Origin: Phoronis australis
Taxonomy: Eukaryota > Animalia > Phoronida
Assembly: GCA_002633005.1 (NCBI GenBank)
Contig: NMRA01000205.1
Span: 2,109-66,108 of the forward strand
Length of the DNA: 64,000 nucleotides
Direction: 5' to 3'
Made by a program: the position numbers and the translations under genes. The notes under the pieces are model-generated. The model ran no database searches. It saw nothing but the letters and a program-made list of their open reading frames with translations, and was not told the DNA's origin. Below are positions 50,501 through 62,469 of the stretch, piece by piece. Position 1 is the stretch's first letter; each line of letters opens with the position of its first letter.

Positions 50501-53500
50501 TACACAGGGCCAAGAGAATATAAGACTATAGGATATTGGGCAATAGTCGGATTTAACATCAACCTGATGCTCATTATTAAGTGGATAAAACGGGTTCTCA
50601 AAACAGTGTTCTCCACAACAAAAAATTCAAACTTGACTTGAATTTCAAAATTCATGAACATGTGCTCAAAATCAATGTTTATTCTGTTGAGATTTTGTAT
50701 GTAAATATCGTGAAATAAATACACTGAACTGGTGCTAAATATATAAAATGTCCCAATTTGCTTACAAAATGGCTATTCTCCCAATATTTCAAACTCTTTG
50801 CACAGGTTGTTAAATTCGACAAACTAGTCATGGCAAAATTTAAACCTGACGCAGTGACGAATTGAAACAAGCTGTGGAGAACACTGCAAAATGCAGGCAC
50901 GTTATTTCCAGCTATTACCGGATATTAGCAGCTTTAAACGAAATAAAATAATTCTTCACTTATTTAGCACACAAAATGGTTGACACATGAAATTCTATTT
51001 TGTCAAAATTTCTCTTCTTAGTCCTTTACCAGCATGGTTTGTAGTGTACAGGTGATGTAAAATATCATTTGGTGAAGTTCCCTTTATTGGCAGCAAGGTA
51101 AGTAACTTTTGAAAACAGAAATTTAAGTGACTGTTTTGACGATTATTTTGGGCTAGAATAAGTGGAGAATTTCCATACATGATTATCACTGTCCCAACAT
51201 CAAGGTTTACCAGAGGGCAATACGCTCTCTTATGTTTTTGAATTTTTAGTTGTAACTTCTGTTGCTTCCAAGTAAGAACTACGGCATTTCTACAGTGCAA
51301 TTAAATAGCTGATTTTTTTGTTTCAGGACTGTTAAAACTGTCAAAGGCAACCTAGCTCTGTATCCTTTATGTTTTATGTAATTGTTTACAATTTTATGCT
51401 CATAAATGTTTTTGCCCCTACTGTATCATCGAAGTCATTTTGTGATATAGCAATTGCAAATGGTAAAGTTATCATTGAGGGACCTACGCAGTAGGTCACA
51501 TTTGGATATCTGTTTATTCCTTGATTCGAGACTTCTTAAGGAAGCAAAAACTCTCCTTGTCGAGTTATCAAGTTGGGTATAATGGCGCCAAGTCATATTC
51601 CCATGAAAAGTCTCAACTACTTGAAGAGAAGAAACAGTTGTCAGCAGAATTACGCATGCTGAAGGACTCCATTCAGTTAGTGGAAAAAGATCTAGATAGG
51701 TGTCAGCATACTCTTCTAGATACAGGTAAGTTCACAAACAGCTCACAATGACCTTGACTGCAGGCTACACCTACATTAGGAAGTAGTTACCCAGAATGCA
51801 GCGGTACACACGTGTCAAGCACTTGTACTGTTTCTTCACATCCACTCAACTGCATTTTGAATTGCAGTGCTGCACACCATCAAGTTGGCAAAAGGGCAAG
51901 CATTATTGCTGGATGTGCTACACATTTTTATCAACTTGAAGGTGTGGCATCTTGTATTCATTATATTGTAGAATTTAGCTCACTGCGAGTGTTATGTGGC
52001 TGGTTAAACGACTTGGAGTTGTTTCACCGATGTGGGTCAAATTCAATGACCTCATTTAAATTCCATCAGTGGCCTTGTATGAAAAAAATTCTTTTTAGTG
52101 GATTTGAATGTTAGGTACACAATAGGTCACTCTGGTGTTTAGATCTTGGACAAAGACAAAGCCACCATCAGGCTCCTCATAAAGGAGTCTATGATTCTCG
52201 CTGAACGCTATTTGAATAGAAACATTGGTTCATTTGAGCTCCAAGTATTTTGATTTCTGGTCTCTCCTCACAATGCTGTTTGATGCATACCTGTGTTCAG
52301 ACTGTTCACCTGTTTTACCTGAATAGTTGTCTTGAGAATGGTTTATTGATGGTAAACCGAAACGTTGACTAATACATTCATTTTGTTTATGCATGCACTG
52401 ATTTTAAAGTTGTATGCACTGATTTTAAAGTTCGTTCTCATATTTTGTCCTGAAACAAATGTGATTGAGTATTTCCTAGTAAATGATACATGTACATTGA
52501 CATTGAGGGGTGTACACAATCATAATGGTCAAATGCAAGGACCTTGGTGGGGCCTCCCCATGCAAACTTTCTGTGTGTTTTGTCTTAGTTAAGTTGCTTC
52601 CCATCATGTCCACAGGTCAATGTACTTCAACATTTTTAAGGTGGAAGTCATTTTTGTTCGCTTACAGTGCTGTATATTAGATGTTTGCTTTTAAGACTGC
52701 TATGTATAATTCATGTCCGTTCTTCTATTGACAGAAAGTGCCCAGGATCACTCCGAGTCGTCTATACATGACACACAACGCAAAGCACAACTATTAAATG
52801 TCTACAGTAGGGTGTGTAATGAAGAGATGGCTGTCTACTCCGAATACACAAAGCGACTTCTGTCCAAGATTGACTCCAACACAAACAGGTGTTTGTTGTA
52901 TTCACTACATAATGTGCCGACATTCAACTGTCACAGAACAATACATATACATGTACAGAACCATTGCTTTGGGGATTGCGTGCAGTGAGCTGTGAACAGG
53001 CTGGTGTTAAAACTGTATTAGAGTTGTCCGTGTCTTGCCTTCAGCCTGGGTTGTGTTCAATAACGCTAGGTCCTCACTAGAAAAGCACGACGTAAGAGAT
53101 TATGCGAGATATAGCCGCAAGAACAGGTGATTTTTGCTAGATTTTTCTAGTCACGAGACAGCAAGTGAACTCTACCCTGTTTATTATACTGTATAAACTA
53201 GCTATCATCAGTTTAGGGGACTAGAACAGGCTCTCTAATCAGGGCCATTGAACTAATACTAACTTACTTGTAAGCAGCAGCGTCGTTGCTGCTGACCGTC
53301 GCTCGTCTTCAGCTGGTTAGGAATCGTCATTGGTCGTTTCGGCCCTGATCCAGTACGACCTCCAATAACCTGGCCCCCTGAGGTGGATCCATACCTCAGG
53401 TCTTACCACGGACATGTTGCCAAGTGTTACTTCTCTGCAGCCAGATGTACATCGTATGCTCAAGCTGCTTCTGCTGCTGCTGAAGAGGTCTTAAACTTAC

Positions 53501-56500
53501 AGCTCTTTCCAAAATCTTCACCGTTCTCCATAAGCTCTTGCTGGTAAATCCTCTACAGCCAGTTTCCAACCCATTGTCTGTGCAGTCATGTAACAGACCT
53601 TGATACTGCAGTGTTTTCCTCTTGTTGGCTTCATTGATCCTTGTCTCTCATGGCACTGTTAGCTCTATTATGGCCAATTCTTTTAGACTGTCCGACCATA
53701 AAACCATATCAGGCCTCATTGCTATCACTGCTATGTGTGTTGGGAAAACTGCTTGAATTCCCAGATCTACCGTCATCTTCCAGTCGCTTGACTTGTGGAA
53801 TAAACCCAGGTGATGATTTCCTCTTCCACTGCTGCTCTTTTTCCTCGCTCTCCTATCGATGTCCAGGATATGTGACAGGGCCTTCAGCACTTGGTTATGC
53901 CGCCAAGTATACTTTCTCTCTGCAAGTGCTGCTTTGCATGCTGATAGTATGTGCTGTAGAGTTCCTGGTTCCCTGCACCTATCACATCTGTCATCTTCAG
54001 ATTTCCCTCACAGACTCAAGTTCCTGGACGTGGGAAGTTGATCGTACGCTGCCTTAAGCACAAAGCTGAGTCCCTGACTTTGCGATGACAACAGATCCTT
54101 TGAAGTGATCTTCTTTCTCAAACAGCCATCCCACGTCGTCCATTCGCCCTGCTTCTTTAAGCCCACTACTGTAGCAATGCGTATCTCCTGAAGCACCATA
54201 TCTCTACGTTCTTTTTCTTTTGTTCTCTTCCACCTCCTAGTTGGTATGAAGCCTAGACCTTGCCTACCCACGCACACTGTTCTGACTATATCCTTGTGCC
54301 TCAGTCTGCCGCTGCTGCTTCCCACTTTGTACGTGCCGTGATCTCAACTCTGGAACTTCTCACCAAGCTTTCCTTAGAGTTCCTCAACGTCATCCAGGCT
54401 CTAGCTTTCCCCACTTTGAACTCCTCTACCAGCGACCTTGTTGGTAAGGCGACTGCTGCTGACTTCCAGTATAGACCCACACCCGTAAAGCTTGGTGGTA
54501 CTCCCAACCATTTCCTCAAGACTGCACTGACTTTCCTCCCCATCAATTCCACGGTGGTCAAGGGTATGTTGTTGATACTCAGAGGCCATGCCAGTTTCGG
54601 CTGCAACCCAAATTGGTAACACCAGGCCTTATATCTTCCTGGAAATCCACTCGCTTCGATCTTCCTCAGGTTCTCTGCCATCATACGCATGGTAGCCCGC
54701 CTATTGTTGGAATCCCTCAATGTGGTGTCATAATTCCTGCCTAGGTATTTCAACGGCTTCTTGTCCAGAGATGGAATGGACTCGCCGTCAATACTGAATG
54801 TATCATGATGGCTAACTCTTCTCTTTGCCAACACCAGACTCCTGGATTCGAGCACCTTGAACTTCATCCTTGCCCATCTCACCAACTCCGCCAACGTCTT
54901 CAGCACCCATGCTGCTCCTACAATGAAGCTGGTGGTATTGGTGAGGTCACCCACAAATGCCTTGATCACAGGTAGACACGACTCTTGGAATAGTGGGCCT
55001 CTGCATTCCTTACTGGCTCTTTGAATTAAGATGTTCATTCCCATCATAAATAATATTATTGATATGGTGCAGCCGGTTAAGATTCCCTTCTTCAATGCCT
55101 GCCAGTGTGTGGTGAAGTCCCACACAGTGAATCTCATCCGTATGTTCAGGAAGTAGTTGCGAATGAGTAGTCGAACTTTCTCTGGTATGTACTACGTCTT
55201 CATGGCTAAGTCTGTCAGCAGGTGAGGCATAGATCCTTAGGCGTTCGCTAAGTCAAGCCATATAATCACTAAGTCTTTAGCCTGTTGCTTGTATTCCCTG
55301 ATGAGTTCTGAAAACATGCTCTTGGGGGTTTGATGTACCCATTTACCAACGCATTGCTGTCATGCGACGCGACACTATGGCAAAGGAAATCTTGCACTCT
55401 ATGCAGAGAAAGAAGTTGGTCGAAAGTCCTCTATTGCCTTTGCCGCTGCTGTTTTTTGGTGATTTTGGCTATATTTTTCTAGTCAAGAGGTAGCTACGAA
55501 ACTCTACCCTGTTTATTATACGGTATGTACCAGCTATCATCAGTTTAGGGGACTAGAACAGGCTCTCTAATCAGAGCAATTGAAAAATTCAGCAAAAGTA
55601 ATTAAATGGCATGTGGGGATGCGCGTACTAGAAGAAAACCACAGTGTATTTGCTGTGATGTGTAACTGATGCGTTCACAAGTCATTCGAGTTCAATGAGT
55701 GATTAAGTTAAATATGCTGTACAAATTGAAAATATTCAGACAAAAGGACCTGGAATTTCCGGTCATGACAGCTGGGCAGAGGCTGAATTTACCATCAGAG
55801 TATAGTTTTCCCTCATGACCGAGAATGAAGGAGAATTAACAGGCACGATATTAAGGTGTTTAAGCCATTATTTAATTAGAATTTTGCCACCCTGATACTT
55901 ATTTCCATTCGTTTAGTTTTTGCTGTTAAAAGAATTATCTGTCATGATGGGGGAAATGGTATTTTGTCTCATTACTTTTGTCTTGTACTGTAAAATTACT
56001 GTTTGGAGACATAAACGGTAACATGAACTCCTGCATGAGAATTTCTGTCTGCAATGTAGATGCATGCATGTGCATAATTTTGACAAAACTTGAAGTTTGC
56101 CAATGCTTAAAGTTTTGTAGTTATTGTTATCCTCGTACAGATGAATCACTTTAACTGTTGCTGTCATGAGGTTGAAGGTGCTATCTTTATAAATTCCAAC
56201 CCTTGTGCCATCTTTTGTAGGAAACTGTAATCAATCAGTACATTTTGCAGTAATTATGTTTTCCAGTAAATCACAAGACACATACTTCAGCAGACCTGCC
56301 CATGTTAAAGGTGACAATGCAACCATAGAGTCTCTATGTACTGTAAGTTTAAATTGCATCACAGGCACTGCCTGCGTTGGTATCACTCGATGTTCGCCAA
56401 AGTTTCCTTTCATTTGAACAACACTTAATTGCCATGGTTGTCATTTTTCATTTTTCAAAAAGCCTGCAGTATTGTTAGAACTAATAAAAATTTTGACATG

Positions 56501-59500
56501 TGTTAATTGATGACAGCTGCAGCACTTAACATAGGCAACCACTCTACAATATATGTGATGTTATACTTGTACTCGAAAATCTGGATTTGGGATCATAAAA
56601 AGTGACAACCAAAAAATGATAACTTTTGATCAGCGCTTATACAAGTGATATGAGTGAAGCCAATTTTCTATTTGCATTTTACCTTTTCCACTCGTATATT
56701 CAAGCATTTACTCTCTTATGTCAAACCCAGAGTTGTATAAAGTAAACTATGAATTTGGTATTTTAAGATTAATCAGAGCTAATAAATTCATAATGCATTC
56801 TCTGTTGATTCAATGTTCTTTTTGGTAACGGAAGTAGAATCCTGTCACAGTTAGAAATATTGTGAGACTGATTTTTGAGATTAAAATGCCGGAATTGCTT
56901 TTTGTTTTTTAGCCGGCTTAATAGGACAAGTGTAGTTTCAAATAGCTTATTGACCATTTATGGATTATAGAAGATTGATGCATGCGCATTCTAGAGCTTA
57001 GATTTGTAAGACTCGGGACATCCAGTTCAGAACCCAAAGTTTCATGTTGACAACTGATCGGTTAGCTGGTTGTTGATGTCGGATAGATGCTTCCTGTTTA
57101 CTTTTTTGTTAATAATGTTTATTTACCAAGAAATTGTATTTGGGTGAATAGCCAGGGTTGTGTACCCTCTGCTACTTATAAATACCAAATGAATGTCTAT
57201 TAGTGTAATTCAAATATGCTGTATTTTGAAGGTGACTCAAGAATACTGGGTGTGAAATTTATATGACTAATACAAAAGAGGGGCAAAAGAAATGGGAAGA
57301 GAAACGGCTTTCTTGCATTCATTTCCATTGTTAAGCCACATCTATGTTAAAAAGGACTTTTGGCAACTTGAAATATTATAACTGTATTTCTATGTATTTC
57401 TGTGTTGCTGCTTTGGATGACCGATACACTACAATCCTTTGTATACATAACATCTCGTGCTATCCGTAAAACGTTCAGCCTCATGAGTTCAGTTGGCTTC
57501 CTGGCCTTCAGTGTTCAGATTTTGCCCTTGAATTTCAGAAAAGTGTCCGCGAATGCCTTGAGAATATATCAGCCTTTCTACACGGTCTGCTAAGAGGGGA
57601 CTTCAGTGGTGATAAAACCCAGTTGTAAGTGTAACTACCTGCTGTTTCCTTATAACTGAAGCAGGTCCATCTTTCTAAACTTCTGAAATATTGTTTGTCG
57701 TAGACAAAAGAGATCAATTTCAAATTCTCAAAATATTTTGTTTTACTTTTAGATGGTGTGACTCATGAACAACATAACAAACAGTAACACATGGTATTAA
57801 TGTTTGCTCGATTTCTTTTTAGCTTAGCGACCTTTGTTTTCCGCAGTAACGGAAAACGGACTGAATTCACGGAATATCACTTCTGTCATGGAATTAGAGA
57901 TTTTGAACAGAATTCACATATTTCAGGGCAGATACCTTAAGTTGCATGTTTTTGTTTTAAAATTATCAAAAATTAAGCAATATAATCCTTCAAATTTGGC
58001 ATATTTTGGCTGCAAATCGATCGATGATGATTTTGCAGCAGATGTGTTCCAAGTAGTTATTCATTCTTTCTGAAGATGGAAGAACAAGAAACATGACATA
58101 CAACAAGTTATTCTCCGGCATAATTCAGCGAAAAAGTAAGGCTGTTCCCATGTCATTTTGTGCTTTTGTTCGCTCGAGCAGAATTTGCCAATTTATTCAA
58201 AAGGAAAAAATAATTTTATATTTGTTACAACAGATTTCTCTATTTTTCATAAAAACAGAGTCTCTCTTGTGTGTATTTCTCTCGTATAACAATCTTGTGG
58301 GTGTTTTCTCATAAATCCAAATTATCTTCAGAAAGTTACGGTAAATACCTCATATTTTTGTGTGTTAAAGTGACATGCCATGTCGATTCATTGAGATTTC
58401 CACACCTTTACACTTAGCTGATTATATTTGTGTGTAGCGAAACTGTTGCAACCTGTAGTCTTAGGTAAGAATTTTGACTCCCTGATCATTTTGTTCATCT
58501 CTGGTGGATTTTCTTTTTTGGAAAAGTGATAATCTAAAAAATGTACAACCGACTTGATTTTCAAAAAAACAGAAACCATAACAATTGAGGTTGTTTGGCC
58601 TATGTAATCTTGAAAACTTAATACTGCAACATCTGTCACTACGTTTATTTGCCGCTGTGTGTTTTGCAGAGATAAGCAAAGGGATCGCTTGTGGTCTCGT
58701 GTGGAGCAAGTCTTCCACTCACAGTCTGTCAATGAGGTGCTGTTTTCAATCACCTTGTTAACACAAGATGGCGCTTTTGCCATTGGAGAGCAGACGGCCA
58801 ACATCAACATTGTAGAGGATGCCAATAAACTGAGGTAGGGTAGTGTTGTGTAATATGAAGTATGTTCATATGAATATGTAAATCTTAAACCGGTGTGGAA
58901 ATTGGGTCGCAAACATTTTTAAGGCTGTTCAGAGTGCCATCTGTGGCCCGACTTAAAAAATGTTTGCGATCTACATTTAGACGCGGGTTTGAGATTGATA
59001 TGTCCTAATAAGAAACTGGGTACAACTGTTGTCAGCCTTGTGTATTTACATATTCATTCCAAGTGAGAGTTGGTTGTTCTTGTTACTTGTGACCATGCTT
59101 GTGGTTGAATGTATAACTTCCTTGAGAATGGTTGATGTGATTTTCATCGAAACGTTGGACATTTATATATGTAAATACACAATAGTGACAACAATTGAGT
59201 TTCTTATTAGTAATTTGGCCTAAAACCAACATCGTTAACAGGACTGTCATATTCATTTAAGCTCAGAAGTTCAAGGATGGGATGTCCTCTACTGAGTCTG
59301 ATTGGATGTCTGTGTTCTACCAATTTCTCAGTGGATTAGAGCGTCAATGCATGGTTAAGCGAAGGTTGCAGAAATTTTTTTAGACTAATATTCATTAGAT
59401 TACCTGATGTGGCCAACAGGTGGCGTGCTGACTAGACAAATATTTGCAAACTAAGGATGTTCATTATCAGAGGTTGGAGCTCTCTTTTGTTAAAGTTAAA

Positions 59501-62295
59501 ATTGCATCACCATGTTCAAGTGAAGGATACATGCAAAAATCAAAATTGTTTCGTGTTCAGATAAAACTCTCATAAGTTTATACATGATAATTGAAAGCCT
59601 TCTTTGGTAGTTGATTCTTGACAATATATAAGGCAGTTTGGAAAAGGTTGACTGGATTTGAAATTGTGTAACTTTTTCAAAACAGTTATTTGTGGAGCGG
59701 CCAATTTGCTAATGTACACAGATGAGGTCTTGAACTTACTTTCAAGACACTCACTGTTTGCTCACTTGGGTTTTGCATAATCTTGTACAATCTTGCTTTT
59801 CCTGCAAGAAACTTGCTCTGCAAAATGCAGCCCTGGAATGTCAATTTTTAAGCTGTTTCTTATGCACATGACATTCCTACTCTTTTGAACCTTTTTTGTC
59901 AGTTTCCATAAAAAATGATATCAATAAACCTGTAAAGGAGTAAGTTCTGAAAATGTCAGCCTGTGCATGAAGGCTGTGTGCTTTCATTTTCCATTTACTT
60001 CTCAATGGCTGATTTTCTAATACATCTAGTACCATAAAAATATAAGTACAGCGATTAAGCTGCTCAGTCAAGCAGTGTTTGCATGGTGTCAATTGCTCAT
60101 AGCATCATGCTAGTATTTTCGTGAAAATTGACTTAAGACTTAGGACAGAAATTTGGTCTTCCGCTCTCACTTCACAATTACTGTAGAAGAAAGTATTTGC
60201 CTAGTAATTATGAGCACATGCAGCTGTGTTGAAATGATATATAAGTAATTATCCCAGTAACGAGCACTGTGTACAGTCTCTGAGGCTTTACACTTTTGCT
60301 CAAGTGAAATTTATTTTTCATCAATAGGTGTATGCAGTGTAAGACCAGATTTTTGTCTGAAGTCACTTTTCATGAAACATACTCCTTTTTGAGGAATTGC
60401 TTTCTATTATGAAAATCGTCCATTACGGTATATATTTTAGCAGAAGTGAAATATGTCAAATTGAATAAAATGCTATTAAATATTAAAAGGGCCTAACATA
60501 TCGTATTAAATTGATAGGTCTATAGTTAAATATCCGCTTTTGCATGCCCCTTGCAAAATGTCCAAATTTGGCATCATATCTCTGGAGAAATGGCTGAATC
60601 TAATAAATGAAACTTTCCTATGCTATGATTTATGGACTGTTCTCCAAAATGATGATAGGGTTAGTTTTGAAATTCCCCACTTTTGCCTGAGGGCTGTGAA
60701 AAAAGGAATGATTTTCATGAAAAAAATCAAAAATTGCATGAAATGACGACAGAATTATATTTTCTGAAAACTGTAACAGCACATGTGAGATTTTATATTG
60801 GTTATATGAAATGAAGTTTCATGCGATTTATACCTTTCTTTTTTGCTAAATTTTACTAAAAAGACATGCTCACATGATCCAGTAATGACAGATTGTTCTG
60901 GAGTTAGAAATGAAAGAAAATCGCAGGCTACTTGTGTGTCTGTGGCAGCTGTAACCATAGTCGCCGCAATCCGACTATTTTCCTTGTTACGTTTCCTTGG
61001 TGTTGGTCAACAAGTAGCATGCATTCATCAAAATGACTCTTGCATGGAACTGTCGTCTGCTTTGTCGTCTGCTTAAAGTTTGTCTGCTGTCTTCCTGAGT
61101 ATCAACTTGTACATTTGACAAAACTCAAAGAACTATGGGTCCGTACCTTTAACATTGCTTGAATTTCAAATGTAACCATTTCAATCCTTTAAGGTTCCAA
61201 TACAACAATGCCAGTGGCCGGCTAATGGATATGTCAGAGGAACCAAGTGATGTCTTGAGTGTACGCCATCTGGTGGAGGTAATGTTGTTTTTGTGTGATC
61301 TTTTGAATAGTGAAAGTACCGAAAATGTATTAGGAATGTGTCTATTTTTTCTTATTTATTTATCATATTTTACTAATTTTATACTAAATTTATTTTATTT
61401 ATTATCTTTTCAATCTAATTGTACATAGCTGTCTGTATTTTACTTCATGTAATTATTTCTGACTTGGCCCTCTTGAAAATCAGTGTATACACTGAAGTGG
61501 TCACCCAGTCCTTTAAAGAAGTTTAAATAAATAAATTATTGAGGGAAGATGTAAGATGTAAGATGTAAAACATTGTTTTTGTAAATTACGTCCAATCTCT
61601 GTTAAAATTAAGTTTCTTCCTAAAAATGCAGTTAGTTAAGTGATAACAACCGTCTTATCATTACTCTGTGATCGTCTATTAAAGATTTTCATGTTGTTTA
61701 TTTAGTATTTTAAGTGACTTGATATACCGGTACTTAAGATTAATGTAAACTGAAAAACTTTTGATCTTGACTCACTTGTCATGACTAATCCTTACAGTCA
61801 CCTTACTGTCTTCCATTTTGAAGATAAAGGTATGTTCAATTGGTAAAAATAAGGGTGCCTTTACAAAGAGTGTATCGCTGGAAAGGTTGGGTATATTTTA
61901 ACTGACACTCGTCATTTTATTTTTATTTTTACTAGTTTTACTATTTTATATTCTTATCCGTCGGTAACTGCATTGCATTCCAGCATGTATTTGATTTATT
62001 TTTAATTGACTTCATTGTAATTAATATAATTAACTGATTTTTCTGGGGGTTAAAACAGATTAACAATCAATGCAGTCAGCAATGCATTGCAATAAATACA
62101 AGATATTATGTGAATGGGGGCTTTGTTGATTTGATAGGCAGAACAGTTGGCCCACATTGACCGTTTCATGCAAACAGAGAAGATAAAGAATGAATCATGG
62201 AGCGTGAGTCAACGATTGGAGCAACTGAGAGAGGAATACTATACAAAGCTGGAACGAAAATACAGTGGACACTTGGGGTCTTTAGAGCTTGCCAA
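44580..62295 (+). CDS. HAUS5: HAUS augmin-like complex subunit 5, first 10 coding exons (gene continues beyond the window)
   Basis: Exons 44580-44695, 49445-49507, 51327-51359, 51541-51725, 52735-52888, 56267-56342, 57539-57624, 58670-58834, 61194-61278, 62138-62295 splice in phase without stops: MSSISIAERFQQWALGDMKY…VCRGQNIDIWRFLVDRV…TVKTVKGNL…IHDTQRKAQLL…SVRECLENISAFL…LWSRVEQV…KLRFQYN…EQLAHIDRFMQTE. This matches remembered HAUS5 motifs (WA.EEM, LC.GQG.DIW, TVKKIRGNL, DTQRRALLL). Confidence 0.9.
45567..48853 (-). mobile_element. Gypsy/Ty3 (Mag-like) LTR retrotransposon, degenerate, in HAUS5 intron 1
   Basis: 5' LTR 48853-48578 (TGT…ACA), PBS TGGTGGCAGCG adjacent. Gag with CxxC…HxxxxC, protease FQIDCGA, RT LRICIDPRPLN…LPFG…LADD, RNase H QCDAS…YAQLEKE…SDHKPL, start of the integrase Zn finger. 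5-bp TSD AGACC (45562-45566, 48854-48858). Only the last ~26 bp of the 3' LTR remain (45567-45592). Confidence 0.95.
48859..49021. repeat. 20-bp minisatellite, ~8 copies
   Basis: Unit CAGTACCCCTC(G/C)CATGTTCA directly after the LTR TSD. Confidence 0.95.
49975..50548. repeat. 48-bp minisatellite, ~12 copies, in HAUS5 intron 2
   Basis: Unit GGGCCAAGAGAATATAAGACTATAGGATATTGGGCAATAGTCTACACA; variant units recur 240 bp apart. Confidence 0.95.
51360..51540 (+). other. U12-type (minor spliceosome) GT-AG intron in HAUS5
   Basis: 5' site GTATCCTTT at 51360. Branch-like TTCCTTGAT at 51517-51525, 15 nt before the AG at 51539-51540, with no long pyrimidine tract. Frame restored. Confidence 0.85.
53262..55445 (-). 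mobile_element. HERO-like RLE non-LTR retrotransposon, 5'-truncated and degenerate, in HAUS5 intron 5
   Basis: RT motifs WLDLANA*GSMPH, GILTGCTISIILF.MGMN, AFVGDL, WARMKFK..SRSL, KYLG. Zn knuckle CDRC…TLQHILSAC…YTWRHNQVL. Restriction-like endonuclease RPDMVLWS…IIELTVP. Stop near 53396 followed by a structured 3' UTR. Confidence 0.9.
53291..53372 (-). ncRNA. Candidate non-circularly permuted hammerhead ribozyme in the HERO 3' UTR
   Basis: Minus strand GGUCGUA|CUGG-AUC-AGGGCC-GAAACGACC-AAUGACGAUUCCUAA-CCAG-CUGAAGA-CG. Stem III GGUCGU/ACGACC, stem I CUGG/CCAG, cores GAAA and CUGANGA, GUA cleavage triplet. Stem II is degenerate. Confidence 0.5.
58881..58996. mobile_element. ~115-bp palindromic MITE just after HAUS5 exon 8
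   Basis: Imperfect ~43-bp inverted repeat AATCTTAAACC…TCGCAAACATTTTTAAG / CTTAAAAAATGTTTGCGA…GGTTTGAGATT. Confidence 0.6.
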
Positions 62296-62469
62296 GTAAC
62301 CACCATTACTGTTTTGACGCTGTCTCAGTGGTTCTTGAAATGTCTTGTAAAAAGTTCGACATTTGGTGCATCTTACTTTTAAAGTCTGTTGCATACAAAA
62401 AAGTTTTGTAGTTTCATGAAATGTTTTGGTCAACCAAAATGCAATGCTACGGCTGTCAGGGAAATCAAT

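Noticed and set aside
60487-61148. TTAA-flanked Kolobok-like MITE
   Set aside because: Terminal inverted match too weak to support boundaries.
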